A stretch of DNA of 64,000 nt from Candidatus Microgenomatus auricola (GCA_005239865.1 SBBC01000013.1:36759-100758); one strand, 5' to 3'. Positions 18,922 to 28,929 are shown, counted from the first letter of the stretch. Notes: a model not told the origin generated them from the sequence alone. Program-made: numbers and translations.

Positions 18922-20747
18922 AAGCCCTAGCCTTACGAAAAAAATTTCTTGCCTATTTCCAAAAACAAGAACACGTCGCTGTTTCTTCCGCGTCACTGAT
19001 TCCGGACAACGACCCGTCAGTCCTTCTGACGGCGGCCGGGATGCAGCAGTTTAAGCCATATTTCCTTGGCCAACGTCGACCGGAGGAGGACTTCAAGAGT
19101 CGCCGATTAACTACAGTCCAGCGTTGTTTTCGAACGTCCGACATTGACACGGTAGGCGACGATTCACATTTGACGTTTTTCGAAATGCTCGGCAACTTCG
19201 CCTTCGGTGACTACGGCAAAGACGCGGCTATTCGTTTCGCCTGGCAATGTCTCACCCGCACGTTTCGAGTACCGGCCGGCCGCTTGTGGGCGACTATTTT
19301 TAGTGGTGACGAGCATTCCGTCAAGGATTTCGAGGCGTTCAAGGTTTGGCAGGCGATTATCCCACCCGAGCGAATTCGTGAATTCGGACGCCACGAGAAT
19401 TGGTGGGGGCCGGCCGGCCGTTCCGGTCCCTGCGGACCGTCGTCAGAAATCCACATCGACCTGCGAGAAACGCCTTGCGAGCGAAAGGAGCGGTGCGCAC
19501 CAAACTGCCCGTGCGGCCGGTTCCTCGAGCTCTGGAATCTTGTCTTCATGGAACATTTCCAGGATGAGGCCGGAAATTTTCGTTCACTCCCAGCAAAAAA
19601 TATCGATACCGGCATGGGACTTGAACGACTGGCGATGGTCACGCAAAAACGTTCGTCGGTCTTCGCGACTGACCTGTTTGTTCCAATTATTAACGCCATC
19701 GAGCAGGAACCTGGTTTTGGCAACGGACTCAGCCAAGCCGAGCGCAATCGTCGGTTGCGAATTATCGCTGACCACATCAAGGGAGCCGTCTTTCTGGTGG
19801 CTGACGGTGTTCGTTTTTCGAACAAGGAACAAGGCTACGTCCTTCGACGCGTCTGGCGTCGGGCACTCGACCAGTTTTCCACTCCATTAGCATCGTACCC
19901 AGGAGTGGTTGATGCAATCATCAATCTCTATCACCATCCTTACAACGAGTTGGGACGGCAGCGATCCGCCATCCACACGATCCTGCGGGCGGAAACCGAG
20001 GAGTACCTCAAGCACTTAAAAACGATTGTCGAACGCGTCAAAACCAAGCTACGCAAACGGCGCCCGCCGGCAGGGGACAATCAAGCACCGGTCACGGCGA
20101 CACTCAGTCCCAACGAGGCCTTCGAATTATTCACCACCTACGGAATTTCGCTTGACCGTCTGCGGCGCGAAGGATTCACCTTCGACGAGTCGGCGGTCGA
20201 GAAAAAATTTGCCGAGCACCGAAAGAAATCTCGAGCCGGGGCAGTCAAGAAATTCGGCGGACACGGACTCGGGTACACCCTTGATACCACAAAATACACA
20301 CCTGCTGAAACGGCACGCGCGACCCGCCTGCACTCGGCCACCCACCTGTTGCATCAAGCGCTTCGCCTCGTCTTGGGAAACCATGTTCGCCAAAACGGAT
20401 CAGACATTTCTCCAGAACGTTTGCGCTTTGACTTCCAGCACCCGACAAAACTTCGGCCGGATGAACTCCGAAAAATTGAAGACCTCGTCAACGAACAAAT
20501 CCGAAGAAACCTTTCGGTCACGCGGGTGGACATGGACCTTGAACAAGCACTCCAGTCCGGCGCCCTGTCTTTCTTCAAAGAACGCTATCCCCAACGAGTC
20601 ACGGTATATTCAATCGGCGAATTTTCAAAAGAAATTTGCGGCGGTCCGCATGTCCGGCAGGCCAGCGAGATCGGTCGACTGAAAATCATTTCGGAAAAAT
20701 CAAGCGCCGCCGGTGTCCGGCGAATCAAAGCAATCGTCGAGCCCTAA
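18918..20747 (+). CDS. alaS: Alanine--tRNA ligase, compact form lacking the C-Ala domain
   Basis: AlaS catalytic N-terminus and the editing HxxxH motif '[11 protein letters not shown]'. Only 609 aa. Confidence 0.85.
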   Translation: MKALALRKKFLAYFQKQEHVAVSSASLIPDNDPSVLLTAAGMQQFKPYFLGQRRPEEDFKSRRLTTVQRCFRTSDIDTVGDDSHLTFFEMLGNFAFGDYGKDAAIRFAWQCLTRTFRVPAGRLWATIFSGDEHSVKDFEAFKVWQAIIPPERIREFGRHENWWGPAGRSGPCGPSSEIHIDLRETPCERKERCAPNCPCGRFLELWNLVFMEHFQDEAGNFRSLPAKNIDTGMGLERLAMVTQKRSSVFATDLFVPIINAIEQEPGFGNGLSQAERNRRLRIIADHIKGAVFLVADGVRFSNKEQGYVLRRVWRRALDQFSTPLASYPGVVDAIINLYHHPYNELGRQRSAIHTILRAETEEYLKHLKTIVERVKTKLRKRRPPAGDNQAPVTATLSPNEAFELFTTYGISLDRLRREGFTFDESAVEKKFAEHRKKSRAGAVKKFGGHGLGYTLDTTKYTPAETARATRLHSATHLLHQALRLVLGNHVRQNGSDISPERLRFDFQHPTKLRPDELRKIEDLVNEQIRRNLSVTRVDMDLEQALQSGALSFFKERYPQRVTVYSIGEFSKEICGGPHVRQASEIGRLKIISEKSSAAGVRRIKAIVEP

Positions 20748-20782
20748 AACGTGTGTTCAAGTGAACGACGCGGGACAGGGGG

Positions 20783-20811
20783 TTGACAGTTATATCACCC
20801 GCCTGTATACT
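20783..20811 (+). promoter_or_regulatory. Sigma70-type promoter, TTGACA-N17-TATACT
   Basis: Consensus hexamers upstream of infA. Confidence 0.6.
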
Positions 20812-20922
20812 TCACCCCGAACCGCAAGAATCTGTGTCAGAAGCGCATTATCTCAATCGTCTGAAGGCACAAGTATCCCTCGATCAGGGATTCGACTTGC
20901 GATCACGCGCAGGCATTTTGTT

Positions 20923-21207
20923 ATGACACGACGACCGTTTTTCCGGTCGAAGAAGCTCCAGAAACAACGGCGACAACTGGCTCCGCCAACGCCAAAAAAC
21001 AAAGGGTTTCTTGAACTCATTGGGACTGTTCATGAGATGCTTCCAAACGCCTCATTCCGGGTTCATCTCGAGAATGGCCATCAAATTCTCGCCCATCTCT
21101 CTGGCCGTATGCGCCTGAATAAAATCAGTGTTCTGCCTGGCGACAAAGTGACGGTCGAGATGACGCCGTACGATTTGACGAAAGGCCGGATCATCTATCG
21201 CCATTAA
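20923..21207 (+). CDS. infA: Translation initiation factor IF-1 with a ~25-aa basic N-terminal extension
   Basis: S1-like IF-1 core '[60 protein letters not shown]'. The ATG at 20923 is the first in-frame start codon upstream of the core. The longer ORF from 20713 is likely spurious. Confidence 0.85.
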   Translation: MTRRPFFRSKKLQKQRRQLAPPTPKNKGFLELIGTVHEMLPNASFRVHLENGHQILAHLSGRMRLNKISVLPGDKVTVEMTPYDLTKGRIIYRH

Positions 21208-21214
21208 TCATCGC

Positions 21215-21331
21215 ATGAAGGTTCGCGCAAGCATAAAGCCAATCTGTGATCGCTGTCGCGTGATCCGACGAAAGGGTCGGCTGTATGTCACCTGTCCAGC
21301 GAACCCGAAACATAAGCAACGTCAAGGATAA
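21215..21331 (+). CDS. rpmJ: 50S ribosomal protein L36
   Basis: 38-aa ORF, absent from the ORF track: [38 protein letters not shown]. Has the C-x2-C...C-x5-H zinc ribbon and sits between infA and rpsM as usual. Confidence 0.9.
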   Translation: MKVRASIKPICDRCRVIRRKGRLYVTCPANPKHKQRQG

Positions 21332-21338
21332 TTAGGAT

Positions 21339-21731
21339 ATGGCTGTCCGCATCGCCGGCGTTCTCTTGCCTGGTCGCAAACGTATCGAATTCGCACTGCC
21401 GTATATTTACGGCGTCGGGTTGTCTTTAAGCCGGAAAATTTTGTCGGAGGCGAAGGTTGACCGGGCCCGAAAAACCGACGAACTGACCGAAGAGGAACTT
21501 GGGCGAATTCGCAAGCTATTGGAAAACAAAACTCGTGTCGAGGGTGACTTGCGCCGAGAAATATTCATGCATGTCAAGCGCTTGAAAGACATCGGCGCAT
21601 ATCGCGGGACCCGGCATGTGAAAAACCTTCCGGTTCGCGGGCAGCGGACGCGAACGAACTCGCGGACAGTCCGCGGCAACGTCCGCCGGACGATGGGATC
21701 GGGACGACGACCGGCGGCTGAGAAAACCTAG
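21339..21731 (+). CDS. rpsM: 30S ribosomal protein S13
   Basis: 'ARIAGV.LP..KRIEFALPYIYGVG' S13 signature. Confidence 0.9.
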   Translation: MAVRIAGVLLPGRKRIEFALPYIYGVGLSLSRKILSEAKVDRARKTDELTEEELGRIRKLLENKTRVEGDLRREIFMHVKRLKDIGAYRGTRHVKNLPVRGQRTRTNSRTVRGNVRRTMGSGRRPAAEKT

Positions 21732-21739
21732 TCCTAAAA

Positions 21740-22195
21740 ATGACCAAAGACGTCAACAAACCAACGACCCAAGACCCGCCGCCCAGCACGCAACCAGTTG
21801 CGGAGACGGGTACGCGCACGCTGCGCAAAAAGACGAAGAAAAAGAAATTCGTCTCAGCCGGCAAAGTCTACATTCAAGCCACCTACAACAACACGATGGT
21901 CACCATGACCGATCAATCTGGTGCGGTCTTGGCCTGGTCGTCAGCAGGGAAAATGGGATTTAAGGGACCAAAAAAATCGACGCCGTTCGCCGCCGGCATC
22001 ACCGTTCGCGATGTGGTTGACCGAATTCGGGACGTGGGGTTAAAAAACGTCGAAGTTTTCGTCCGAGGCGTCGGCCCTGGTCGGGAAGCCGCGGTACGGG
22101 CACTTGGCGCGCAGGGATTGAACATCACCACCATCAAGGACATCACGCCGATCCCTCACAACGGTGCCCGACCGCCAAAAGTTCGACGAGTATAA
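21740..22195 (+). CDS. rpsK: 30S ribosomal protein S11 with an N-terminal extension
   Basis: 'GKVYIQATYNNTMVTMTD' and 'TPFAAGI' S11 core. About 25 extra N-terminal residues. Confidence 0.9.
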   Translation: MTKDVNKPTTQDPPPSTQPVAETGTRTLRKKTKKKKFVSAGKVYIQATYNNTMVTMTDQSGAVLAWSSAGKMGFKGPKKSTPFAAGITVRDVVDRIRDVGLKNVEVFVRGVGPGREAAVRALGAQGLNITTIKDITPIPHNGARPPKVRRV

Positions 22196-22211
22196 TTTTT
22201 CTTTCTCACCC

Positions 22212-22823
22212 ATGGCTCGCAATCTCAATCCGCGCACAAAACGAATTCGACGGATCGGCGAAAAGCTCATTGTACACGGCGAAAAGGCGTTCAGTCGTCG
22301 TCCCTACCCACCGGGCGTGCATGGTCCGAAAGGACAAGCGCGACTGTCGGAGTACGGCATTCGACTGCGAGAAAAACAAAAAGCCCAGCTCGTCTACGGG
22401 ATCCTCGAACGTCAATTCCGCCGTTACGTCGAAAGAGCCAAACGCCAAACCGGCAACACGGGCGAAGTTCTCCTCCAGTTACTCGAGCTGCGTCTCGACA
22501 ATGTTGTCTATCGCGCCGGCTTGACGCCCACCCGCGAAGCCGCCCGTCAACTCGTGCGACACGGTCATGTGACCATCAACGGAAAACGGGTGACGATTCC
22601 TTCCTGCAGCGTCCGCGTTGGTGCGACGGTGGCCCTGGCCAAACGCACGATGGCAAAACCTTTCGTTCAAACCCTCCTGAAACAATTGGAAAATTATCAG
22701 CCACCCGCGTGGATCACCTTAACGAAACAGCAGTTAACCGCGACCGTGTCCGCCGCGCCGACGCTTGAAGAGGCAGCGGCTGGCATCAATCCTCAATTCG
22801 TCGTGGAATTTTACTCACGCTAG
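22212..22823 (+). CDS. rpsD: 30S ribosomal protein S4
   Basis: 'MARNLNPRTKRIRR' S4 N-terminus and an S4 RNA-binding domain. The ATG at 22212 is preferred over the ORF-track start at 22164. Confidence 0.9.
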   Translation: MARNLNPRTKRIRRIGEKLIVHGEKAFSRRPYPPGVHGPKGQARLSEYGIRLREKQKAQLVYGILERQFRRYVERAKRQTGNTGEVLLQLLELRLDNVVYRAGLTPTREAARQLVRHGHVTINGKRVTIPSCSVRVGATVALAKRTMAKPFVQTLLKQLENYQPPAWITLTKQQLTATVSAAPTLEEAAAGINPQFVVEFYSR

Positions 22824-22842
22824 TCAAAGGAGGACACCGGCA

Positions 22843-23652
22843 ATGGAATCAATACCGCTGCCAACCAGCATCGAAGTCAACGAAGCCACCAAGGATCGCG
22901 CCCGCTTCGTCATTGAACCGTGCTACCCCGGATATGGAACTACGATCGGTAACGCCCTTCGTCGTGTCCTGCTCTCGTCGTTATCCGGAGCCGCGGTTAC
23001 AGCGGTAAAAATTGAAGGTGTTGACCATGAATTTTCCACGCTTCCCTTTGTCAAAGAAGACGTCGTCGGCATTCTTCTCAACGTCAAACTTCTTCGCTTC
23101 AAACTTCACGGTGACGAACCGGCCACACTTCGCTTAAACGTCAAGGGTGAGAAAGTGGTGACCGCTGGCGACCTCGATGGTCCAAGTACGGTTGACGTCA
23201 TCAACCCGAAACAACTGATTGCCACCCTGACCGACAAGGCCGCCTCCCTCAACATGGAAATGGTGGTTCAACGCGGGCGCGGATACGTGCCCGTCGAAAA
23301 CCGCGAAAAGGAAAAACTTGATATCGGCTGGATTGCCGTTGACGCCGTCTACACACCGATGAAGGTCGTCAGCTTTACCGTCGAGAACGTCCGCGTCGGC
23401 CAGATTACGAACTTCGATCGGCTCATCCTCCAGGTTGAAACCGACGGGACGATGCGCGCCGAGGACGCGCTGGCCCAAGCCGCAAAAATTCTCGTCGATC
23501 ACTTCGCCCAGTATACTTCCCTGGGTGCAAGCCCGGCGCCAGAAGCACCGAAAAAAAAGCGTGGTCGGACCAAGAAAGAAGAAAAAACCGAGACCGTTGA
23601 CCCATCGCCAAAAGCAGAAGATAAAGACGAGGCGGGCCATGCGGCACCGTAA
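22843..23652 (+). CDS. rpoA: DNA-directed RNA polymerase alpha subunit, apparently lacking the alpha C-terminal domain
   Basis: SD 'aaggagga' before the ATG at 22843. Alpha-NTD motifs ('EPCYPGYGTTIGNALRRVLLSSL'). Ends after ~235 aa of NTD in a Lys/Glu-rich tail with no helix-hairpin-helix CTD. Confidence 0.85.
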   Translation: MESIPLPTSIEVNEATKDRARFVIEPCYPGYGTTIGNALRRVLLSSLSGAAVTAVKIEGVDHEFSTLPFVKEDVVGILLNVKLLRFKLHGDEPATLRLNVKGEKVVTAGDLDGPSTVDVINPKQLIATLTDKAASLNMEMVVQRGRGYVPVENREKEKLDIGWIAVDAVYTPMKVVSFTVENVRVGQITNFDRLILQVETDGTMRAEDALAQAAKILVDHFAQYTSLGASPAPEAPKKKRGRTKKEEKTETVDPSPKAEDKDEAGHAAP

Positions 23653-24001
23653 GACCGGCGTCATCCTCGGCCGTCAGCGCGCTCCCCGGCGAGCTCTTTT
23701 CCGGCAGCTCGCTATCAGTCTGATTGACAACGGTCGCATCACGACGACCACGGCCAAAGCGAAAGCCCTGCGTCCGTTCATCGAAAGACTGATCACACGA
23801 GCTCGCGGGACGAAGTCGCTCGCTGGCCAGCGACAGCTCCTCAAAGTTCTCGACAACCACCAGGCAGTCACAAAACTCATCAAGACCATCGCCCCGCAGT
23901 ATGCCAAACGAAGCGGCGGCTATACCCGCATCATCAAACTTGGGCGACACCGCGGCGACAGCAGTCCGGTCGCGCTCATCGAGTTGATCAAAGAATCATG
24001 A
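23639..24001 (+). CDS. rplQ: 50S ribosomal protein L17
   Basis: 'MRHRKTGVILGR' L17 start at the internal ATG (23639). Overlaps the rpoA 3' end by 14 nt. Confidence 0.85.
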   Translation: MRHRKTGVILGRQRAPRRALFRQLAISLIDNGRITTTTAKAKALRPFIERLITRARGTKSLAGQRQLLKVLDNHQAVTKLIKTIAPQYAKRSGGYTRIIKLGRHRGDSSPVALIELIKES

Positions 24002-24348
24002 AACTTCACTACGAGCGCATCGACGCGACCAATCAATCGCTTGGACGTCTCGCCAGCCGTGTCGCCACGCTTCTGCGTGGCAAAACGCGCGCCGATTTCG
24101 ACCCGACCAAGATCCCGCCGATGGCGGTCCATGTCGAACATGCCCGGCGGGTTCGCCTGACTGGTAAAAAGCCTGCCCAATCCTTCGTCTATCGTTTTTC
24201 CGGCTACCCTGGCGGATTGAAGAAAACTTCGCTCGAAGATGTCTGGAAGAAATCGCCGGAGACCGTCATCCGGCGAGCAGTGACGAACATGCTCCCAAAC
24301 AACAAACTCCGGCCGCGACTGTTACGACGTCTCATGATTAGTCCTTAA
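23998..24348 (+). CDS. rplM: 50S ribosomal protein L13
   Basis: 116 aa. 'GRLASRVATLLRGK' L13 signature. Confidence 0.85.
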   Translation: MKLHYERIDATNQSLGRLASRVATLLRGKTRADFDPTKIPPMAVHVEHARRVRLTGKKPAQSFVYRFSGYPGGLKKTSLEDVWKKSPETVIRRAVTNMLPNNKLRPRLLRRLMISP

Positions 24349-24352
24349 GGCC

Positions 24353-24892
24353 ATGACGACCGCGAAGTCAGCCAGCACGAAAAAACCCGGCGCCAGACCG
24401 ACTAAACCATTGAAGAAAAAAGTGGTCGCCGCGCCGCGTCGAGCCAAGAAAACCGCGGTTGCTCCACCCGCCCCACCGCGCGTCGTCAGCAAACCGAAAC
24501 GCCGAACATATACCTTTGCGGTCGGACGTCGGAAGTCAGCGATTGCCAGGGTTCGCTTCGTGGCGGAAGGAACGGCCAGGTTTTTGGTCAACGGAAAACC
24601 GCCGGACGCATACTTTCCGACGTTCGAAATGCGAACGCTCGTCCGGGCACCGCTCGCTCTGACCGGCTTCAGTTCGCCTGGTGATTTTGCCGTAAAAGTC
24701 ACCGGTGGCGGGCTGCACGGCCAGGCCGAAGCCGTTCGCCTCGGCCTGGCTCGGGTTTTAGTAAAACTTAATCCTGAATTCCGGACCACCCTGAAGCGCG
24801 CCGGTCTCCTGACGCGCGATCCACGGGTCAAAGAACGAAAGAAGTACGGATTGAAGCGTGCCCGCCGCGCGCCGCAGTGGCAGAAGCGCTGA
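24353..24892 (+). CDS. rpsI: 30S ribosomal protein S9 with a ~48-aa Lys/Pro/Ala-rich N-terminal extension
   Basis: C-terminal S9 core 'GRRKSAIARVRF...GGGLHGQAEAVRLGLARVL...KKYGLKRARRAPQWQKR'. Confidence 0.9.
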   Translation: MTTAKSASTKKPGARPTKPLKKKVVAAPRRAKKTAVAPPAPPRVVSKPKRRTYTFAVGRRKSAIARVRFVAEGTARFLVNGKPPDAYFPTFEMRTLVRAPLALTGFSSPGDFAVKVTGGGLHGQAEAVRLGLARVLVKLNPEFRTTLKRAGLLTRDPRVKERKKYGLKRARRAPQWQKR

Positions 24893-24926
24893 TCATAATC
24901 TTTCGCCAACCGGGTCGGACGTCAGA

Positions 24927-24954
24927 TTGACGTTTTGAGTTCTTGTGGTATGAA
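24927..24954 (+). promoter_or_regulatory. Promoter candidate TTGACG-N16-TATGAA with extended -10 (TGG), 9 nt before the 24964 ATG
   Basis: The hexamer spacing implies a near-leaderless transcript for the glycan-locus flippase gene. Confidence 0.4.
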
Positions 24955-24963
24955 TGAAAGAGC

Positions 24964-26430
24964 ATGAAAAACGACGAGCGCGTCGTGCGTGGTCAGGCGC
25001 GGATCCTGACGAATACGACGTATCTGCTGGCCGCGTCAATTATCCAAAAGTTCATCTCTTTTGGCTACTTCATTTACTACGCCCGGACGATTGGACCGAA
25101 GAGCGTCGGTTTGTTCGAACCGATTCGTTCGGTCATCCCGATCGCGCTGGTCATCATCGACTTTGCGCTGTCCGTTGTTCTAACCAGGGAAATCGCGCGC
25201 AACCAGGAAAAGGCCAAGCACTATCTGAATACCGTCCTGTCGCTGAAACTCCTGTTCGCGGTGGCGACGCTACTCATCACCTTCGCCGTCACGGCTTTTA
25301 CGAATTTTGATCAGCCGACACGAACCCTCCTCTTCATCGCCGGGATGATCGTCGCCTTTGACATGTTCACGATGACCTACGCTGCGACCCTGCGCGGGAT
25401 CCAGATTTTTCGATATGAAGCGATTGGTATCATCCTGACGCAGCTCACGACCGTCCTGGTTGGTGTGATCGCGCTCAACTTAAAACTTGGGCTGCCAGCG
25501 CTGATGATTGCACTTCTCGGCGGCAGCGTTGTGAACTTCTTCTTTCTCCTTCGGATGGTGCGTCGACGGCTCGGCGCCTTCCCGAAACTCGCCTGGGACG
25601 CTGAACTGGTCAAAAGGTTTCTACTGATCGCGGTGCCGATCCTCGGGGCGCAACTGATTGCTCGACTTTTCACTTATGCCGATCGCTATCTCTTGCTGTC
25701 GCTGGCCGACAAAACGACCACGGGCATTTACCTGGCGGCTCACCGTATTCCGTTTGCACTCGAATTTATTCCGGCCGCCTTTGCCGCGAGTTTACTTCCG
25801 GCGATGAGTAATTACTTTCTGCATTCCCGCGAACAACTGGCTCGCGCTTTTCACCAAGCCTTCCGCTACCTCATCCTCTTAAGCGTCCCGCTGGTCGTCG
25901 GCATTTTCGTTCTGGCACAACCTTTCGTCATCAAACTCTTGAAACAGGCGTATAGTGATTCAATCACACCACTACGGATTATGATCATCGCCCTGCCGCT
26001 CATTTTTTTGAATTTCCCGGCCGGACATTTTCTGATCGCCACGAACCGTCAGATCTGGAACACGATCAACATGGGCTTGGCGGTGGTCACGAACATCGTT
26101 CTGAATCTGGCGCTCATTCCTCGGCTCGGTGCCAACGGCGCCGCCCTTTCGGTGGTGGTGAGCTACGTCATGCTTTTCACCCTCAACATGATTCAAGTCC
26201 GCCGAGTGATGCCACTTCGGTCGCGCGACCTCATCGCCGTGATCATTCAATCGCTGGCGGCGGCCGCCATCATGGGGGTGGCGATCGGTTTTCTCCAACG
26301 GATGTTTTCCCCTTATTTCCTCATTCTTCCTGGCGCCGTCATATATGTCGCCGCACTCTTCATCCTCGGTACGGTGAAATTCAGTGACGTCCGGCTTTTG
26401 CTCGAGGCGCTGGGAAGAAAAACGTCCTGA
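24964..26430 (+). CDS. MOP-superfamily oligosaccharide flippase (Wzx/polysaccharide biosynthesis protein)
   Basis: 488 aa with about 14 TM segments. Polysaccharide biosynthesis protein topology. Confidence 0.7.
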   Translation: MKNDERVVRGQARILTNTTYLLAASIIQKFISFGYFIYYARTIGPKSVGLFEPIRSVIPIALVIIDFALSVVLTREIARNQEKAKHYLNTVLSLKLLFAVATLLITFAVTAFTNFDQPTRTLLFIAGMIVAFDMFTMTYAATLRGIQIFRYEAIGIILTQLTTVLVGVIALNLKLGLPALMIALLGGSVVNFFFLLRMVRRRLGAFPKLAWDAELVKRFLLIAVPILGAQLIARLFTYADRYLLLSLADKTTTGIYLAAHRIPFALEFIPAAFAASLLPAMSNYFLHSREQLARAFHQAFRYLILLSVPLVVGIFVLAQPFVIKLLKQAYSDSITPLRIMIIALPLIFLNFPAGHFLIATNRQIWNTINMGLAVVTNIVLNLALIPRLGANGAALSVVVSYVMLFTLNMIQVRRVMPLRSRDLIAVIIQSLAAAAIMGVAIGFLQRMFSPYFLILPGAVIYVAALFILGTVKFSDVRLLLEALGRKTS

Positions 26431-28226
26431 TGCACCGCACCTTGCTCATCACGCACTTCTTTCCACCGCAGGTGGGCGGGGCAGAGCGCTATTGTGAAGT
26501 CCTGGCGCGACGACTACCGGCTTCTGATCTGGTTGTCGTTGCATCGCCGACGGTCGGTGATCATGATTTTGACCGTACCCTGCCGGTCCCAGTCATCCGG
26601 AAGAACTTCCTTAAACCAGGCTTGCTCCAACCAAGCTGGCTTTTGACGTTGTCGTGGCTGGTCCGGACGATCAAACAGGAAAGGGTCACACGCGTCGTCT
26701 TTGGACATTATGCCGGCTTCGTCACCCTCGGTCTCCTTGTAAAACTCGTCCTCGGCATTCCGTTCGTCATCTCGGTCTTCGGCTTGGATTTCATCGCTTA
26801 CCGACGGTCGTTTTGGCGTCGTCTCCTACTCCGCTGGAACCTCCGCGCAGCGGAATGGGTCATCACGATCAGCTCGTACACCGCCGGTCTCCTCCGTAAC
26901 TTCGGGGTGCCGCAGGGCAAAATGCTCATCGCCGCGCCCGGCACTGATCCGCATGAACCGCCGGATCAACAATCAATTGAGCGTTTCCGGAGTACTTACG
27001 GACTAGGGCAGTCAACCATCCTCTTGACTGTTGGCCGCCTCGTCCAGCGCAAGGGCCACGCCCGCGTCCTGCACGCACTGCCGGCTGTCATCCAGACATT
27101 ACCGGATCTACGCTATGTGATGGTTGGCGATGGACCGGAACTGACCAATCTCGAACGCCTGGTCCGTGAGCTCAACCTCCAGCACCATGTCACATTTCTT
27201 GGCCAACTCTCTGATCACGACGTCCGCCTGGCCTTCCACGCCAGCCACGCCTTCATCATGCTCCCCAGCACTAGCCAAAAAGATGCCGAGGGATTCGGCA
27301 TCGTCTACATCGAGGCATTGATCGCGAAGAAGCCGATTATCGCTACGCGAAGTGGGGGAGTGGTCGATATTATTCGCGACGGCGAAAATGGGGTGGCTTT
27401 GAATGAAGACGCTTCCGCTCGTGATATCGCGCAGGCGATCGTTTCCCTGATGCGCAACCGGCCCCGGATGCAGGCCCTTGGGCAGCAGGGATTCGCCTTC
27501 GTGCAAAAACATTTCTCGCTTGACCAACAGGTCGCTCCGTTCCGCCGCGTTCTGGCAACCCCGCCGCGCGAGGCCGGGCATGTTCCGACCGTCAGCATCA
27601 TCATTCCGGTCTGGAATTCGAGCGACACCGTGGCCCGGACCCTCCAAAGCGTGGCCGTGCAAACCTATAAAGACCTGGAGGTCATACTCGTCGATGATGG
27701 TTCAACTGACAACCCAGCGATCATCGCCCAGCGCTTTCCTAAAGTCCGTCTCATTCGACAAGACCACCGCGGGGCAGCGATCGCGCGTAACCACGGATTT
27801 CGGGAAAGCCGTGGACGGTATGTTCTCTTTTGCGACGCCGACGTCATTCTTCACCCGCGCATGCTCGAACGGATGGTCACGACGCTCGATCTCAAGCCGG
27901 AGGCGGCGTACGCGTATGCGAGCTTCCGCTTTGGCTGGCGGACTTTCGACCTCTTCGATTTTGATCGGAAGCGACTACAGCACGCGAATTACATTAGCAC
28001 GATGTCCATGATCCGACGGGAAGCGTTTCCTGGTTTTGACGAGACACTCCCGCGACTTCAGGATTGGGACCTCTGGCTGACCATGCTCGAACAGGGGAAA
28101 ACCGGCACCTGGGTGCCAGCCCGGTTGTTTAGCGCCTCCGTCGCCAAGCGTGGCATCAGCCAACGCATCAGCGTTCCGCCGCTCGACGTGGTTAACCGCA
28201 TCCGACAAAAACACCGCCTGGCATAG
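26430..28226 (+). CDS. Bifunctional glycosyltransferase: GT4 (GT-B) N-terminal domain fused to a GT2 (GT-A) C-terminal domain
   Basis: GT4 motif 'RSGGVVDIIRDGENGVAL'. GT2 start 'VSIIIPVWNSSDTVARTLQSVAVQTYKDLEVILVDDGSTD' and the DAD/'CDADV' motif. Confidence 0.75.
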   Translation: MHRTLLITHFFPPQVGGAERYCEVLARRLPASDLVVVASPTVGDHDFDRTLPVPVIRKNFLKPGLLQPSWLLTLSWLVRTIKQERVTRVVFGHYAGFVTLGLLVKLVLGIPFVISVFGLDFIAYRRSFWRRLLLRWNLRAAEWVITISSYTAGLLRNFGVPQGKMLIAAPGTDPHEPPDQQSIERFRSTYGLGQSTILLTVGRLVQRKGHARVLHALPAVIQTLPDLRYVMVGDGPELTNLERLVRELNLQHHVTFLGQLSDHDVRLAFHASHAFIMLPSTSQKDAEGFGIVYIEALIAKKPIIATRSGGVVDIIRDGENGVALNEDASARDIAQAIVSLMRNRPRMQALGQQGFAFVQKHFSLDQQVAPFRRVLATPPREAGHVPTVSIIIPVWNSSDTVARTLQSVAVQTYKDLEVILVDDGSTDNPAIIAQRFPKVRLIRQDHRGAAIARNHGFRESRGRYVLFCDADVILHPRMLERMVTTLDLKPEAAYAYASFRFGWRTFDLFDFDRKRLQHANYISTMSMIRREAFPGFDETLPRLQDWDLWLTMLEQGKTGTWVPARLFSASVAKRGISQRISVPPLDVVNRIRQKHRLA

Positions 28227-28274
28227 CCGCGTACCAATGCCGGTGGTTGCCCCACATCCCAGCTGCAGCATTCT

Positions 28275-28814
28275 CTACCTCAAGAGTCGAGCAAACTTCT
28301 TCCTGAATTTCGCCAGCTTCGGACCAATCACCGCCTGACAGTACGGCTGTTCCGGGTTCTTCGCGAAAAAGTCCTGATGCTCGTTCTCAGCCGGATAGAA
28401 GTTCTTGAGCGGCACAATCGCCGTCACCACCGGCTCGTCAAAAATTTGTTTGCGCTCAATCCGCTGCCTGACCGCTTCTGCAATCCTCCGCTGGTGTTCA
28501 TCGTGATAGAAAATCACCGACCGGTACTGTTCGCCAATGTCGTTTCCTTGACGATTCATTTGCGTCGGGTCGTGCGTCAAGAAAAAGACTTCCACCAGTT
28601 GTTGATACGTAATCACCGCCGGATTGAACCTGATCTGGACGGCTTCAGCATGTCCGGTGGCGTGACTGCAAACCTGTTCATAGGTCGGATTCGGCATCCG
28701 ACCGCCGCTATATCCGGATGTCACACGCTCAACGCCGCGCAATTGTTTGAAAAGTGCTTCGGTGCACCAAAAACACCCGGCGCCGAATGTAGCAAGTTCT
28801 GAAGTCGCGACCAT
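28275..28814 (-). CDS. msrA: Peptide methionine sulfoxide reductase MsrA
   Basis: Catalytic 'GAGCFWCTEALF' motif. Start taken at the internal Met 'MVATSELATF' rather than the long ORF-track start at 28910. Confidence 0.85.
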   Translation of the reverse strand: MVATSELATFGAGCFWCTEALFKQLRGVERVTSGYSGGRMPNPTYEQVCSHATGHAEAVQIRFNPAVITYQQLVEVFFLTHDPTQMNRQGNDIGEQYRSVIFYHDEHQRRIAEAVRQRIERKQIFDEPVVTAIVPLKNFYPAENEHQDFFAKNPEQPYCQAVIGPKLAKFRKKFARLLR

Positions 28815-28820
28815 AAAAAC

Positions 28821-28829
28821 AGTATACCA
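28821..28829 (-). promoter_or_regulatory. Extended -10 (TGG-TATACT) lying 6 nt upstream of the msrA ATG; a leaderless-transcript candidate
   Basis: The reverse complement reads tggtatact-gttttt-ATG. Confidence 0.4.
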
Positions 28830-28929
28830 CGTCAGTAGCGAGCGTTTTACGTAATTTGAAAATGAGCCGGACGCAGACCATGCTGTACTCTGTCTCCACC
28901 TGACGCTCAACCCCGCCGCGACGAAAAGG

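Noticed and set aside
20713-20922. Long N-terminal extension of the infA ORF (ORF track start at 20713)
   Set aside because: The extension overlaps the promoter and -10 region and the end of alaS. The IF-1 core begins near 20990, and the ATG at 20923 is the first in-frame start codon upstream of the core.
28815-28910. Extended msrA start (ORF track 28910)
   Set aside because: The MsrA catalytic domain begins right after the internal Met 'MVATSELATFGAGCFWC'. The upstream 32 codons cover the extended -10 promoter.
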